Assembly (NCBI GenBank): GCA_963822945.1
Contig: CAWGJO010000039.1
Span: forward strand, 12,943-76,942
Source of the DNA: an uncultured Gemmatimonadaceae bacterium
GTDB taxonomy: Bacteria; Gemmatimonadota; Gemmatimonadetes; Gemmatimonadales; Gemmatimonadaceae
Direction of reading: 5' to 3'
DNA: 64,000 nt
Shown here: one piece after another, positions 1 to 8,826 of the stretch
Layout of the letters: every line of letters begins with the position of its first letter
Position numbering within the stretch: the first letter of the stretch is position 1
Position numbers and translations under genes: made by a program
The notes under the pieces: generated by a model
What the model saw: only the letters and a program-made list of their open reading frames with translations
Database searches by the model: none
Told to the model about the DNA's origin: nothing

Positions 1-864
1 GATGCCCCAGCGCACGTTGCCGCCGACCTTCGGCGCCCGCGCGTCGTACCCCCACCGCCCCGGCGGCACGCCCGGCGCGCCCAGCGTCTGCTGCGTGAGC
101 TCGGGGTTCACGTCCACCACGAGCCCGCGCCGCAGATCGTGCAGCCCGTCCAGCGTGCCTTCCTGCGACAGGAACCCGGCCTGGGCCAGCCGCACCGGCG
201 TCCACGTGTCTTCGTAGCCGGAATGCCGCACGTCGCGGATCACGTTGATCCCCCAGCTCTGCACCGCTTCCGACTGGTAGCGGAGCGACTTGAACGGAAT
301 GCGGATCTCGACCACGTACCCCCACGACGTCACACGGCCCTTGGACTCGAACACGAAATCCTGGCTGAGGTCGGCCTGCGGGCGGGCCGTCACGCCGGTG
401 CCGAACCCGCCGCCCGACGAGGTGAGCTCGGCCATCGTCCCGTCCATCTGCACGCCCAGCGGGTTCACGCCGAACACCAGTGCCTGCCGGGCATCGTCGA
501 ACGTGCTGAGCACGATCTGCACGTTGTCGTCGGCGCTGATGTGGTCGCGGTCGGCCAGCGTGGCGTGCGCCGTCCCGTGTGACTCGAACGCCCGCACCCC
601 GAAGTAGATCGCCGTGGGCGAGTACCAGACCAGCACCTGCGTCGAATCGTCGGCCGGCACGCCGTCCACCGGCGTGAGCTGGGAGAAGCCCGTCAGCCGC
701 GCCGCCTGGCGCCACGCCGGCTCGTCGAGCACGCCGTCCACCTTCGCGTCGGCCTCGATGCGTGGCGGGCGGGCGTGAATCTCTCCCTTCCGCGCGTTGT
801 AGATCGCTGTGGTGTCGGCGGAGCCGAGTGCAGCCAGGAGCGGAAGCGCCAGCGTGAGCAGCAT
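1..864 (-). CDS. DUF5916 / CBM9-like domain exported protein (5' part; runs off the window start)
   Basis: Manual translation from ATG 864: MLLTLALPLLAALGSADTTAIYNARKGEIHARPPRIEADAKVDGVLDEPAWRQAARLTGFSQLTPVDG...YFGVRAFE. It has a signal peptide and the (I/V)DGxLDEPAW motif typical of CBM9-like/DUF5916 proteins. Absent from the ORF track because no stop lies in the window. Confidence 0.75.
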   Translation of the reverse strand, partial: MLLTLALPLLAALGSADTTAIYNARKGEIHARPPRIEADAKVDGVLDEPAWRQAARLTGFSQLTPVDGVPADDSTQVLVWYSPTAIYFGVRAFESHGTAHATLADRDHISADDNVQIVLSTFDDARQALVFGVNPLGVQMDGTMAELTSSGGGFGTGVTARPQADLSQDFVFESKGRVTSWGYVVEIRIPFKSLRYQSEAVQSWGINVIRDVRHSGYEDTWTPVRLAQAGFLSQEGTLDGLHDLRRGLVVDVNPELTQQTLGAPGVPPGRWGYDARAPKVGGNVRWGI

Positions 865-1007
865 GATCGGGGCGGGGGGACGTGGTTCGTGTCGCCTGCG
901 GGGTCGCGGAGGATGCCCAAACGCCGACCGTGAGGCAAGGGGCGCGACGTCAGCTTTCTGTTAGTCCATCGGCTTCCTATGTTCAGGCGACTCGTCCGGA
1001 GACGCTC

Positions 1008-1415
1008 GTGGTTCGATCCGTGGTCGGCATCGCATTCGGAGTGCTCGTCGTCGCGCTGCTCGGCACGATGGCGAGCGCCGTCGTGTTCCACGGGCCCACG
1101 GCCGGGCCGATGCCGGCGCCGCTGGAGGTGATGATCCTGCTCATGCACGCGCTGGCGGCGCTCGCCGGGGGCTATCTCGGCGCCGCGATCGCGCGCCGCC
1201 GGCCCGCCACGCACGGTCTCGCCGTGGGCGTGCTCTACCTGCTGGCCGTCCAGTTCGCCCCGAGCCTCCCGGTGCGGCTGATCCCCGCGCCGGCGGCGCG
1301 CCCGCTCTGGCTCACGGCCGCCGGCATCCTCGTGGGGCTGGCCGGTGCCGTGCTCGGCGGCCTGGCCCGCGGCCAGGCGGAACGGGGGATGCAGAACGGG
1401 CGGCACGCATCCTGA
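1008..1415 (+). CDS. small integral membrane protein (about 4 TM)
   Basis: 3' part of ORF 882..1415. GTG at 1008 follows GGAG. Four hydrophobic segments, including AALAGGYLGAAIAR. Confidence 0.65.
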   Translation: MVRSVVGIAFGVLVVALLGTMASAVVFHGPTAGPMPAPLEVMILLMHALAALAGGYLGAAIARRRPATHGLAVGVLYLLAVQFAPSLPVRLIPAPAARPLWLTAAGILVGLAGAVLGGLARGQAERGMQNGRHAS

Positions 1416-1448
1416 CGTGCCGCCCGCCGGCCACCACCGCGTGCCCGC

Positions 1449-2135
1449 CTACTTGCGCGTCAACTTCACGCCGCTGATCTGCACGTCGCTGTTGTGGTTG
1501 ACGCGGAAACCGTACACGCCCGACATGTCCCCCATTGCGCTGCGGGGGAGCGCCGTCACCGGCGTGCCGTTGGCCAGAAAGCGGACCGAATCGGCGCCGA
1601 CCTGGATGGTCAGCTCGTTGGTCGCCTTTCCGGTCGCGTCCTTTGCCTTGATGGCCGAATTGGAGGTCCAGTTCACGAGCTTGTGCACGTCGGCGCCGGC
1701 GCGGTGGTTGATGAGATAGTCATCCGATCCGCGCACCTCGAAGTACAGGTAGCTCTGCTTGTCGGCACTGCCCATGTCGCGACCCGCCACCATCAACCCG
1801 TACGCCTCGTTGTGTCGGGGGGCCTTGAGCTGCGTGAACGTCGCCGTATAGGTGTAGGCCGTGTTCGGCACCATGTCCTTGCCGGTCCAGTAGACACCGG
1901 CCGGACCGGTGGTGATGTGGAACGTGCCGCTGGATTCCGTGAAGTTCAGATCCTTCACCGTCATCTTGTCGAAGCGGTTCGGGTCGAGATACACCTGCCA
2001 CCCGTCGGGCAGTTGGCCGCTCCCCGCCACCTTCGTCGTGGGATCGGCGTTCATGCCGCCGCGCTGCGCCGCGGCCGGGGTGGCAAACGGAATCGCGATG
2101 GCGATCAGACCGGCAATGAGGACACTTCTCCGCAT
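1449..2135 (-). CDS. secreted beta-sandwich protein (concanavalin/DUF1080-like fold, uncharacterised)
   Basis: Signal peptide MRRSVLIAGLIAIAIPFATPAAAQ. Beta-rich sequence with NELTIQV...VRFLANG and G.YGFRVNH at the end. GGAG RBS. Confidence 0.7.
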   Translation of the reverse strand: MRRSVLIAGLIAIAIPFATPAAAQRGGMNADPTTKVAGSGQLPDGWQVYLDPNRFDKMTVKDLNFTESSGTFHITTGPAGVYWTGKDMVPNTAYTYTATFTQLKAPRHNEAYGLMVAGRDMGSADKQSYLYFEVRGSDDYLINHRAGADVHKLVNWTSNSAIKAKDATGKATNELTIQVGADSVRFLANGTPVTALPRSAMGDMSGVYGFRVNHNSDVQISGVKLTRK

Positions 2136-2257
2136 GGCAGACTCCGGGATGTTGGGGGAGAGGAAACGCTTGTCGCCGCACTGGGCCGCCGATCGGCCGG
2201 CCGCCCTCCAATGCCAATTATACCCGGCCCCGAGGAAATGGGACCAGATTGGTCCCG

Positions 2258-2836
2258 TCAGGAATCGGTCAGGATTTCGAGGTCCGCCGGCGTATCCACG
2301 TCGGGGGGCATCGGGAAATCGAAATCCACGTACGCCACCCGCGACGGATCGCGCTCCACGACTCCCCGCGCCCCATGATCGCCCGAAAGCCGCTCCAGTT
2401 CCGGGAACACCGCGCGCGCGAACAGCACCGGCAGTCCCTGGACGCCCTGATAGCGGGGCGCCACGATCGGAACGTCGTCCCCGCCGAACCGTGCCACGAG
2501 CGAGGGGAACACCTCGTCGCGATCGATCGGCTGATCGCCCAGCGCCACGAGCACGGCCACGGCGTTGCTCGACACCATGGCGAGGCCGGCCCGCAACGAT
2601 GAGCTGAGTCCCTGCTCGGGGTGTGGGTTCTCGACGATCGTCACCGGCAGACCGGCGAGCGCGTGTCGCACGGCGTCGGCGTCGTGGCCCACCACGACGA
2701 TCGTCTGCTCGGGTCCCGCGGCCACCACGCGGTCCACGCTCGCCCGCACCAGCGGTTCGCCGCGCACCGGATGCAGCAGCTTCTGCGAGCCGAAGCGGCG
2801 CGCCGCGCCCGCCGCGAGTACGAGCGCCGTGATCAT
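2258..2836 (-). CDS. mocA: MocA-like nucleotidyltransferase (molybdenum cofactor cytidylyltransferase family)
   Basis: LAAGAARRFGSQKLL, LGDQP, GDHGAR and DVDTPADL motifs. Adjacent to xdhC. Confidence 0.85.
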   Translation of the reverse strand: MITALVLAAGAARRFGSQKLLHPVRGEPLVRASVDRVVAAGPEQTIVVVGHDADAVRHALAGLPVTIVENPHPEQGLSSSLRAGLAMVSSNAVAVLVALGDQPIDRDEVFPSLVARFGGDDVPIVAPRYQGVQGLPVLFARAVFPELERLSGDHGARGVVERDPSRVAYVDFDFPMPPDVDTPADLEILTDS

Positions 2837-2840
2837 CGGC

Positions 2841-3899
2841 TCACGCCGGCGCCGTCTGCGCCGCCCGGACCGACACCAGTTCGGCGGCGATGCTCACCGC
2901 CACCTGTGCCGGCGTGCGTGCGCCGATCTTCACGCCGATCGGCGTGCGGATCCGCGCCATCTCCTGCTCCGTGTACCCTTCGCCGGCCAGGAACTCGCGG
3001 AGCTTCGCCCCGCGCGTGCGGCTCGACATCAATCCGATGTACCCCACGGGCGCGCGCAGCACCCGGCGGAGCACCGGAAGCTCGTACTTGTAGTCGTGCG
3101 AGACGATGACCACGAAGGTGTCGCCGGTGGCCGGCAGTTCGCCGGCGATGATGCCGGGGTCGCCCACGCGGAGTTCGTCGGCCTCGGGAAACCGGGCCGC
3201 GGTGGCGTAGCGGGCGCGCGCGTCCACGACCACCACGCGCATGCCCAGATCGTGCGCGATGCGGGTGAGCACCACGGCCACCTCCCCGGCGCCGAAGATC
3301 GCGACGGTGAGCGGCGGGGCGAACGGCTCCACGAAGTAGAGGGTGCCGTCGGTCTCGTCGCGCAGCACGCCCGGTGCCGTGCCGGCATGGGCGCCGACGA
3401 GCGCCGCCACGCGGGCGTCGCGCTCGGCGCTGCCCAGCGTGCCGATACCGGCCTCCCCAGCGTCGAGCACCAGCCGCGCGCCGTCGCCTTCCAGCGCCCG
3501 CACCACCAGCGCTCGGCGTCCGGCGTCCACCGCCCGCTGCGCCGCCGCGTAGGCTTCCGATGCCGGGTGGCGCTCCGTGCCGCCCGTCACCGGCTCCACC
3601 AGCAGCCGCACCGTGCCGCCGCAGCCAAGCCCCAGGTCCCACGCGTCCTCGTCGGCGAGCGCAATGTCGAGCACTTCGGCACGGTCCGTGGCCAGCACGC
3701 GATCCGCCGCCTCCACTGCCCGGGCGTCCAGGCACCCGCCGATCGTGACCGAGCCCAGGATGCCCCCCGTCTCCCCGACGAACGTCTTGGCGCCGACGAT
3801 GCTCGACGACGTCCCCTCCGCCGCGATCAGCGTGGCCATCGCCAGGCGCCGCTCGCGCGCGCGCAGCGCGTTGAACCGGGCGAGCACCTCGGGACTCAT
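2841..3899 (-). CDS. xdhC: XdhC/CoxI family molybdoenzyme maturation factor
   Basis: Starts at MSPEVLARF. Motifs GSVTIGGCLD, LGLGCGGTV, FGAGEVA, YIGLMSSR and PIGVKIGARTPAQVAVSIAAE. Confidence 0.9.
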   Translation of the reverse strand: MSPEVLARFNALRARERRLAMATLIAAEGTSSSIVGAKTFVGETGGILGSVTIGGCLDARAVEAADRVLATDRAEVLDIALADEDAWDLGLGCGGTVRLLVEPVTGGTERHPASEAYAAAQRAVDAGRRALVVRALEGDGARLVLDAGEAGIGTLGSAERDARVAALVGAHAGTAPGVLRDETDGTLYFVEPFAPPLTVAIFGAGEVAVVLTRIAHDLGMRVVVVDARARYATAARFPEADELRVGDPGIIAGELPATGDTFVVIVSHDYKYELPVLRRVLRAPVGYIGLMSSRTRGAKLREFLAGEGYTEQEMARIRTPIGVKIGARTPAQVAVSIAAELVSVRAAQTAPA

Positions 3900-4657
3900 T
3901 CGTCGTCCGGCTCGAGGGCGTCGAGCCACACGCGCCGCACCTCGCTGGCACCCATGGCATTCGGTTCGAGCGGCGACCGCCGCCAGTACCAGCGGTTCTT
4001 CTGTTCCGCCGCCACCCCGTGTCCCAGAAAGTGCGCGTGCAGATCGGCCAGTCGAACGCCGGGCGTGCCCGAGGCGAGTTCGCGGATCCGGTCGTTCACC
4101 ACCGCCAGCCCCTCCAGACGCACCGGCTTCTTCTCGGCATCCACGCCGGGCATCAGCGCCGAGCCGTCGGAGGGATCGCACAGCGTGGCCAGCAGCAGGG
4201 TGGCATTGGGACGCAGGCGGCGAATCGCGTCGACGAGAAATTCGTAGGCATCGGCGATGTCGCCCGCCGCCTGGCGCACGATCTCCGCCGTCGGCCGTCG
4301 CACGAGCAGGCTCATCACTTCGGTGGCGCCGGCGGTGAGCGTCACCAGTGCCCGGACGTCGCTCTCCTCCACGGTGGCCAGCTGCTCGCCGAACAGGTCG
4401 CCGATCGACGCCCCGTCCTCCACGAGCCGGCGGAAGACGATGTCGGGGCGGACCGTCGTCAGATCGCGGCCAGCGAACTCGGGCCACCGCTCGTCGTCGT
4501 TGGCGTGTAGCAGCGAGGCCGCGCCGAGCGGCGCGATGTCGCCGGCCGCCGTCTCGCGCTCCAGCGCCACCGCCACACTCGTGGCGCCGGCATCGAGCGC
4601 CGGATACAGGTCGCCGGAAAAGGAATCGCCGAAGGCGAGGTACTCTTCAAAGTCCAC
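3896..4657 (-). CDS. SGNH/GDSL hydrolase-like protein with atypical catalytic motifs
   Basis: N-terminal YLAFGDSF block I and SGNH-like layout. C-terminal EPNAMGA replaces DxxHPN. TGA/ATG overlap with xdhC. Confidence 0.7.
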   Translation of the reverse strand: MDFEEYLAFGDSFSGDLYPALDAGATSVAVALERETAAGDIAPLGAASLLHANDDERWPEFAGRDLTTVRPDIVFRRLVEDGASIGDLFGEQLATVEESDVRALVTLTAGATEVMSLLVRRPTAEIVRQAAGDIADAYEFLVDAIRRLRPNATLLLATLCDPSDGSALMPGVDAEKKPVRLEGLAVVNDRIRELASGTPGVRLADLHAHFLGHGVAAEQKNRWYWRRSPLEPNAMGASEVRRVWLDALEPDDE

Positions 4658-4695
4658 GGTCAGCCCTGCAGGCGCCGAACCGGCGCCGATGGGAG

Positions 4696-5907
4696 TTAGA
4701 CGTCGGCGACGACGCCGCGCGTGGCGAGAATGCGGGCCACCGTCTCGCCGATCTTGTTGTTCGGCGTGCTGGCGCCGGCCGTGATGCCCACGCGCAGCGG
4801 GCCGTCCGGCAGCCAATCCACGCGATCGGCTTCCACGTGATCGATGCCGACGGCACGGTAGTGCACCGACCGCAGTTCGGGGTCGATGCCGGTGGCGGAA
4901 TCGATGTGGTACGTGGGCACCCGCTCGCCGCACAGCGCCGCCAGCGAGATCGTGTTGCTCGAGTTGAATCCGCCGATCACGACCATCACGTCCAGCGGTT
5001 CCTTGAGCAACTCGATCACGGCGTCCTGCCGTTCCTGCGTGGCGCTGCAGATCGTGTCGAACGTCCGGAAGTCGCTCGCCCGGGCCGCGTCGCCGCGCTC
5101 GCGCGCGATCGTCGCGCCCACGGCTTCGGCAATCGCCAGCGACTCGCGCGCCAGCATCGTCGTCTGGTTGGCCACGCCGATCCGCTGCAGGTGGCGGGCC
5201 GGGTCGAACCCCGGGGACACCGCCTCGCGGAAGTGCTCGGTGATCGTGGTCGCGGCCACCGTGCCCGCGATGTACCCGCACACGAGCTGCGCCTCCTCCA
5301 TGTTCCGCACCACGAGATACTGCCCGCCCGGATACTTGCGCACCTGCGACGCGGTGGCCCGCGTCTCCTCGTGGTAGTACTTGCCGTGAATGAGCGCCGT
5401 GAAGCCGTCGCGCGCGTAGCTCTCCACGCGCTTCCACACGTTGAGCACCGAGCCGCACGTGGTGTCCACGAGCACGCATCCGATGGCGCGCAGCGCTTCG
5501 AAGTCGCCGATCGTCACGCCGAACGCCGGCATGATCACGACGTCCTCCGCCCGCACGCCGCTGAAATCGAACCCTTCCGGCCCCGGCATCAGGATCTGGA
5601 TCCCCATCTGGCCGAGCCGCGCGTTCACGTGCGGGTTGTGGATGATCTCGCCCACCAGGTAGATGCGCTTGTCCGGGAACTTGCGGCGCGTCTGGTAGGC
5701 GTACTCCACGGCGCGTTCCACGCCGTAGCAGAATCCGAACTCGCGCGCCAGCTTGATCGTGACGTTACCCGCCACCAATTCGTATTCGTTGGCACGCAGG
5801 TAGTCCACCAGGCGTCCGTCGTAATCGGACGCCAGGTCTCCCTGGACCTCGGTTTTGAGACCGAATCCCTTCCGGAAGTACGTGGGGACCTCGGAGCGCG
5901 CTGCCAT
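4696..5907 (-). CDS. ispH: 4-hydroxy-3-methylbut-2-enyl diphosphate reductase
   Basis: FGFCYGVERA, EIIHNP, DTTCGSV, DTICSATQERQ, GGFNSSNT and GITAGASTP. All three Fe-S cysteines are present. Confidence 0.96.
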   Translation of the reverse strand: MAARSEVPTYFRKGFGLKTEVQGDLASDYDGRLVDYLRANEYELVAGNVTIKLAREFGFCYGVERAVEYAYQTRRKFPDKRIYLVGEIIHNPHVNARLGQMGIQILMPGPEGFDFSGVRAEDVVIMPAFGVTIGDFEALRAIGCVLVDTTCGSVLNVWKRVESYARDGFTALIHGKYYHEETRATASQVRKYPGGQYLVVRNMEEAQLVCGYIAGTVAATTITEHFREAVSPGFDPARHLQRIGVANQTTMLARESLAIAEAVGATIARERGDAARASDFRTFDTICSATQERQDAVIELLKEPLDVMVVIGGFNSSNTISLAALCGERVPTYHIDSATGIDPELRSVHYRAVGIDHVEADRVDWLPDGPLRVGITAGASTPNNKIGETVARILATRGVVADV

Positions 5908-6001
5908 GCGCTAAATCTAGCGTACCTCGAATGGGGAGGTCTATCTTCAGCCGTCGCCGCCGGCGCCTGCCCTCCCTGGCCGTCCCCCGCACCACCGTGG
6001 A

Positions 6002-7456
6002 ATGAGCGAACACTTCGATCTCGTCGTGATCGGCGCCGGCCCCGCCGGCGAGAAGGGCGCCGCGCAGGCGGCGTACTTCGGCAAGCGCGTCTGCGTGATC
6101 GAACGCGCCCCGAAACCCGGCGGCGCAGCCGTGAACACCGGAACCATTCCCTCCAAGACCCTCCGCGAAACCGCCCTCTACTTCAGCGGCTTCCGCCAGC
6201 GCGGCCTGTACGGCGTGGATCTCCGGGTGAAGCACGACATCACCATCGGCGACTTCATGCGGCGCGAACGCTCGGTAGTGCAGAGCGAGTGGGAACAGAT
6301 CGACGAGAACCTCAAACGGCACGATATCCACGCGGTCCAGGGAACGGCCCGGTTCGTGGGGCCGCGGACGATCGACGTGGAACGCTACGGCCAGCCCACG
6401 CGCCGCATTACCGGCGACGTCGTCCTCATCGCCACCGGCTCCCATCCGCAACGCCCCGAGGGATTCGCCATCGACGGCACCGTGGTCGTCGACAGCGACT
6501 CGCTGCTCGCAGTGCAGCGCATCCCCGGGCGGATGATCGTGATCGGCGGCGGCATGATCGGCTGCGAATACGCCTCCACCTTTGCCGCCCTCGGGGTGAA
6601 CGTCACCATCATCAACGCCCGCGCGCGCCTCATGTCACACCTGGACACCGAGGTGAGCGAGGCGCTGCGCCAGCAGATGACCGCCCGGCTCGGCATTTCG
6701 GTGCACGTGGACAGCGAGGTCGCCCGGGTCGACACCCACGACGACTACGCCGACGTCACGCTCTCCGACGGCACCACCCTGTCCGCCGAATGCGTGCTGT
6801 TCTGCGCCGCGCGCAACGGCAACACCGACGGCCTGGGCCTCGCCCAGATCGGCGTCGCCACCAACGACCGCGGCTTCATCCGCGTGGATCAGCACTTTGC
6901 CACCGGTGTCGATGGCGTGTACGCAGCCGGCGACGTCATCGGATTCCCCGGACTCGCGTCGACCTCCATGGAGCAGGCCCGCGTCGCCGTCTGTCACGCC
7001 TTCGACCTGAAGTACAAGCAGCAGGTCGCGTCGCTGCTTCCGTACGGCGTCTGGACCATCCCCGAGATCGCGACCGTGGGCGAGACCGAGGAAGCGCTGA
7101 AAGCCGCGGGCACCCCCTACGAGATCGGCCGCGCGTCGTACCGGCTCAACGCGCGCGGGCTCATCCTCGGCGACGTGGACGGCTTCGTGAAGCTGCTCTT
7201 CCGCCCGGACGACCAGCGACTGCTGGGCGTCTCGATCGTCGGCGACTCGGCCTGCGAACTCATTCACATCGGCTCGGCGTGCATGAGCTTCGGCGGGACG
7301 CTCGACTACTTCATCCAGAGCGTGTTCACCTACCCCTCGCTCGCCGAGGCGTACAAGTACGCCGCGTACGACGGGCTGCGAGCGCTCGCCCGACGTTACG
7401 CGCGCGCCAAGGGGCTGCCGACCAGCGGACCGTACCCGGCGATCTCCGAGAGTTGA
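6002..7456 (+). CDS. sthA: soluble pyridine nucleotide transhydrogenase
   Basis: GAGPAGEKGA, GTIPSKTLRE, GGGMIGCEYAS, YAAGDVIGFPGLASTSMEQAR and YPSLAEAYKYAA. Confidence 0.9.
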   Translation: MSEHFDLVVIGAGPAGEKGAAQAAYFGKRVCVIERAPKPGGAAVNTGTIPSKTLRETALYFSGFRQRGLYGVDLRVKHDITIGDFMRRERSVVQSEWEQIDENLKRHDIHAVQGTARFVGPRTIDVERYGQPTRRITGDVVLIATGSHPQRPEGFAIDGTVVVDSDSLLAVQRIPGRMIVIGGGMIGCEYASTFAALGVNVTIINARARLMSHLDTEVSEALRQQMTARLGISVHVDSEVARVDTHDDYADVTLSDGTTLSAECVLFCAARNGNTDGLGLAQIGVATNDRGFIRVDQHFATGVDGVYAAGDVIGFPGLASTSMEQARVAVCHAFDLKYKQQVASLLPYGVWTIPEIATVGETEEALKAAGTPYEIGRASYRLNARGLILGDVDGFVKLLFRPDDQRLLGVSIVGDSACELIHIGSACMSFGGTLDYFIQSVFTYPSLAEAYKYAAYDGLRALARRYARAKGLPTSGPYPAISES

Positions 7457-7478
7457 GGCGCCGCGGCCCGCCGGCCCG

Positions 7479-8024
7479 CTACCAGTGCTCCGGTGTCAGG
7501 AAGGGGGCGAGCGCGTACGACACCAGCACCTCGTAGGCCTGCTGCCGATCCACGAGGCCCGAGGTGAGGATCCCCACGGCGCCGGCGCCGCGCTTGGTGT
7601 CGTGGGACCCGGTCAACCGGTCCATCGCGTGCCCCAGTTCCAGTCCACCCCGCACCGCATCGGCCACCACGCCGGGCAGCGGCATGGCCAACGACCCGCC
7701 CACCCCCTGCCGCCCGTCGGTCGACACGATGGCCGCCCAAGCGCAGGTCCGCATCGCGCCCGTCGCGTCGTTCACCACGCCCCCCTCGATGCCGACGCCC
7801 AGATCGGCGCCGTCCGACGCCAGCGCGCCGCGCGCGCGCGCCACCGCCCCGCGAATGGTCTCCTCGTCGCCCACCGGTTGGTCGCTCACCGACGACGGCA
7901 CGGCGCGCCCCTCGACCACCGCCTCCAACCCGGCACGCGCGAGCACGGCCCGCACGGCATTGATCTTCACGGGGTTGGTGGAGCCGACGACGACGTGGCG
8001 AACCGAGGAGAGGGGCGTGGGCAT
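7479..8024 (-). CDS. yjjX: inosine/xanthosine triphosphatase
   Basis: VGSTNPVKINAV, SVSDQP...ETIRGA, GVGIEGG, ELGHAMD and GAVGILT. Confidence 0.9.
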   Translation of the reverse strand: MPTPLSSVRHVVVGSTNPVKINAVRAVLARAGLEAVVEGRAVPSSVSDQPVGDEETIRGAVARARGALASDGADLGVGIEGGVVNDATGAMRTCAWAAIVSTDGRQGVGGSLAMPLPGVVADAVRGGLELGHAMDRLTGSHDTKRGAGAVGILTSGLVDRQQAYEVLVSYALAPFLTPEHW

Positions 8025-8181
8025 CAGGACGCGGGCTGAGTGGACGGTGGCTACGAGAAACTGACGGGCAACACCGGCCGGATTCAAGCACCGCTGGCGG
8101 CCGCGCAGCTGTTCGCTTGCCCCGGCCGGCCGCGCCACCCATGTTTGTCCGCCCAATCGGCCTTCGCCTGCGTTCTCGAAC

Positions 8182-8817
8182 GTGACCCTTCCCACTTCCC
8201 GCGCCGCCGCGCCGGCCGCCCAAGCCGGCCCCTTCGTGTTCCTGGGTGAACGCCTCTGGCTCGACTTCGTGAACTCCGAGGTGCCGGCAACCGACGCCGA
8301 CGCGCTTCACGACTTCGACTCCCTCGTCGCGTGGCTCGAGGTGGCCCGCGTGATCGACGCCGACCGCGCGATGGGCATGCGCCGGCGCGCCCAGCAGCAG
8401 CCGGCCGGCGCGTCCGCCGCCGTGGTCGACGCGCGCCGCGTGCGCCTGGCGCTCCGCGCGCTGGCCGAGCGCGGCGCGGCCGATGGGCGGGCTCGCGAAG
8501 ACGCCGTGGCCGAGATCAATCGCGTGCTCGGCCGGAGTGCCGGCATCCGACGACTCGAGGCGCACAGTGACGGCTCGTTCACGCGGGCGTTCGTGCCCGA
8601 GGGCGACGCCTTCGCCGGGCTGATGATCCCCCTGGTCGAGTCGGCGGCCGACGCGCTGATCCGGAACGAATTGGCCCGCGTACGCCGCTGCGCCGATCCG
8701 CGCTGCCACCGTGTGTTCTATGACGTCACGCGAAACGGCGGGCGGCGCTGGTGCGACATGGCGACCTGCGGCAACCGCGCCAAGGCGGCGCGGCATCGGG
8801 CGCGCACGCGCCGCTGA
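8182..8817 (+). CDS. ABATE / CGNR zinc-finger domain protein
   Basis: LWLDFVNS at the N-terminus. C-terminal RRCADPRC...FYDVTRNGGRRWCDMATCGNRAK. Confidence 0.92.
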   Translation: MTLPTSRAAAPAAQAGPFVFLGERLWLDFVNSEVPATDADALHDFDSLVAWLEVARVIDADRAMGMRRRAQQQPAGASAAVVDARRVRLALRALAERGAADGRAREDAVAEINRVLGRSAGIRRLEAHSDGSFTRAFVPEGDAFAGLMIPLVESAADALIRNELARVRRCADPRCHRVFYDVTRNGGRRWCDMATCGNRAKAARHRARTRR

Positions 8818-8826
8818 CCAGCGGCG

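Noticed and set aside
4348..7536. Very long alternative-frame and antisense ORFs (for example 4348..7536, 9544..12102, 28051..30942, and the 5' part of 31897..35880)
   Set aside because: They are Arg/Ala/Gly-rich shadows of real genes, expected from stop-codon scarcity at high GC, and carry no recognisable motifs.
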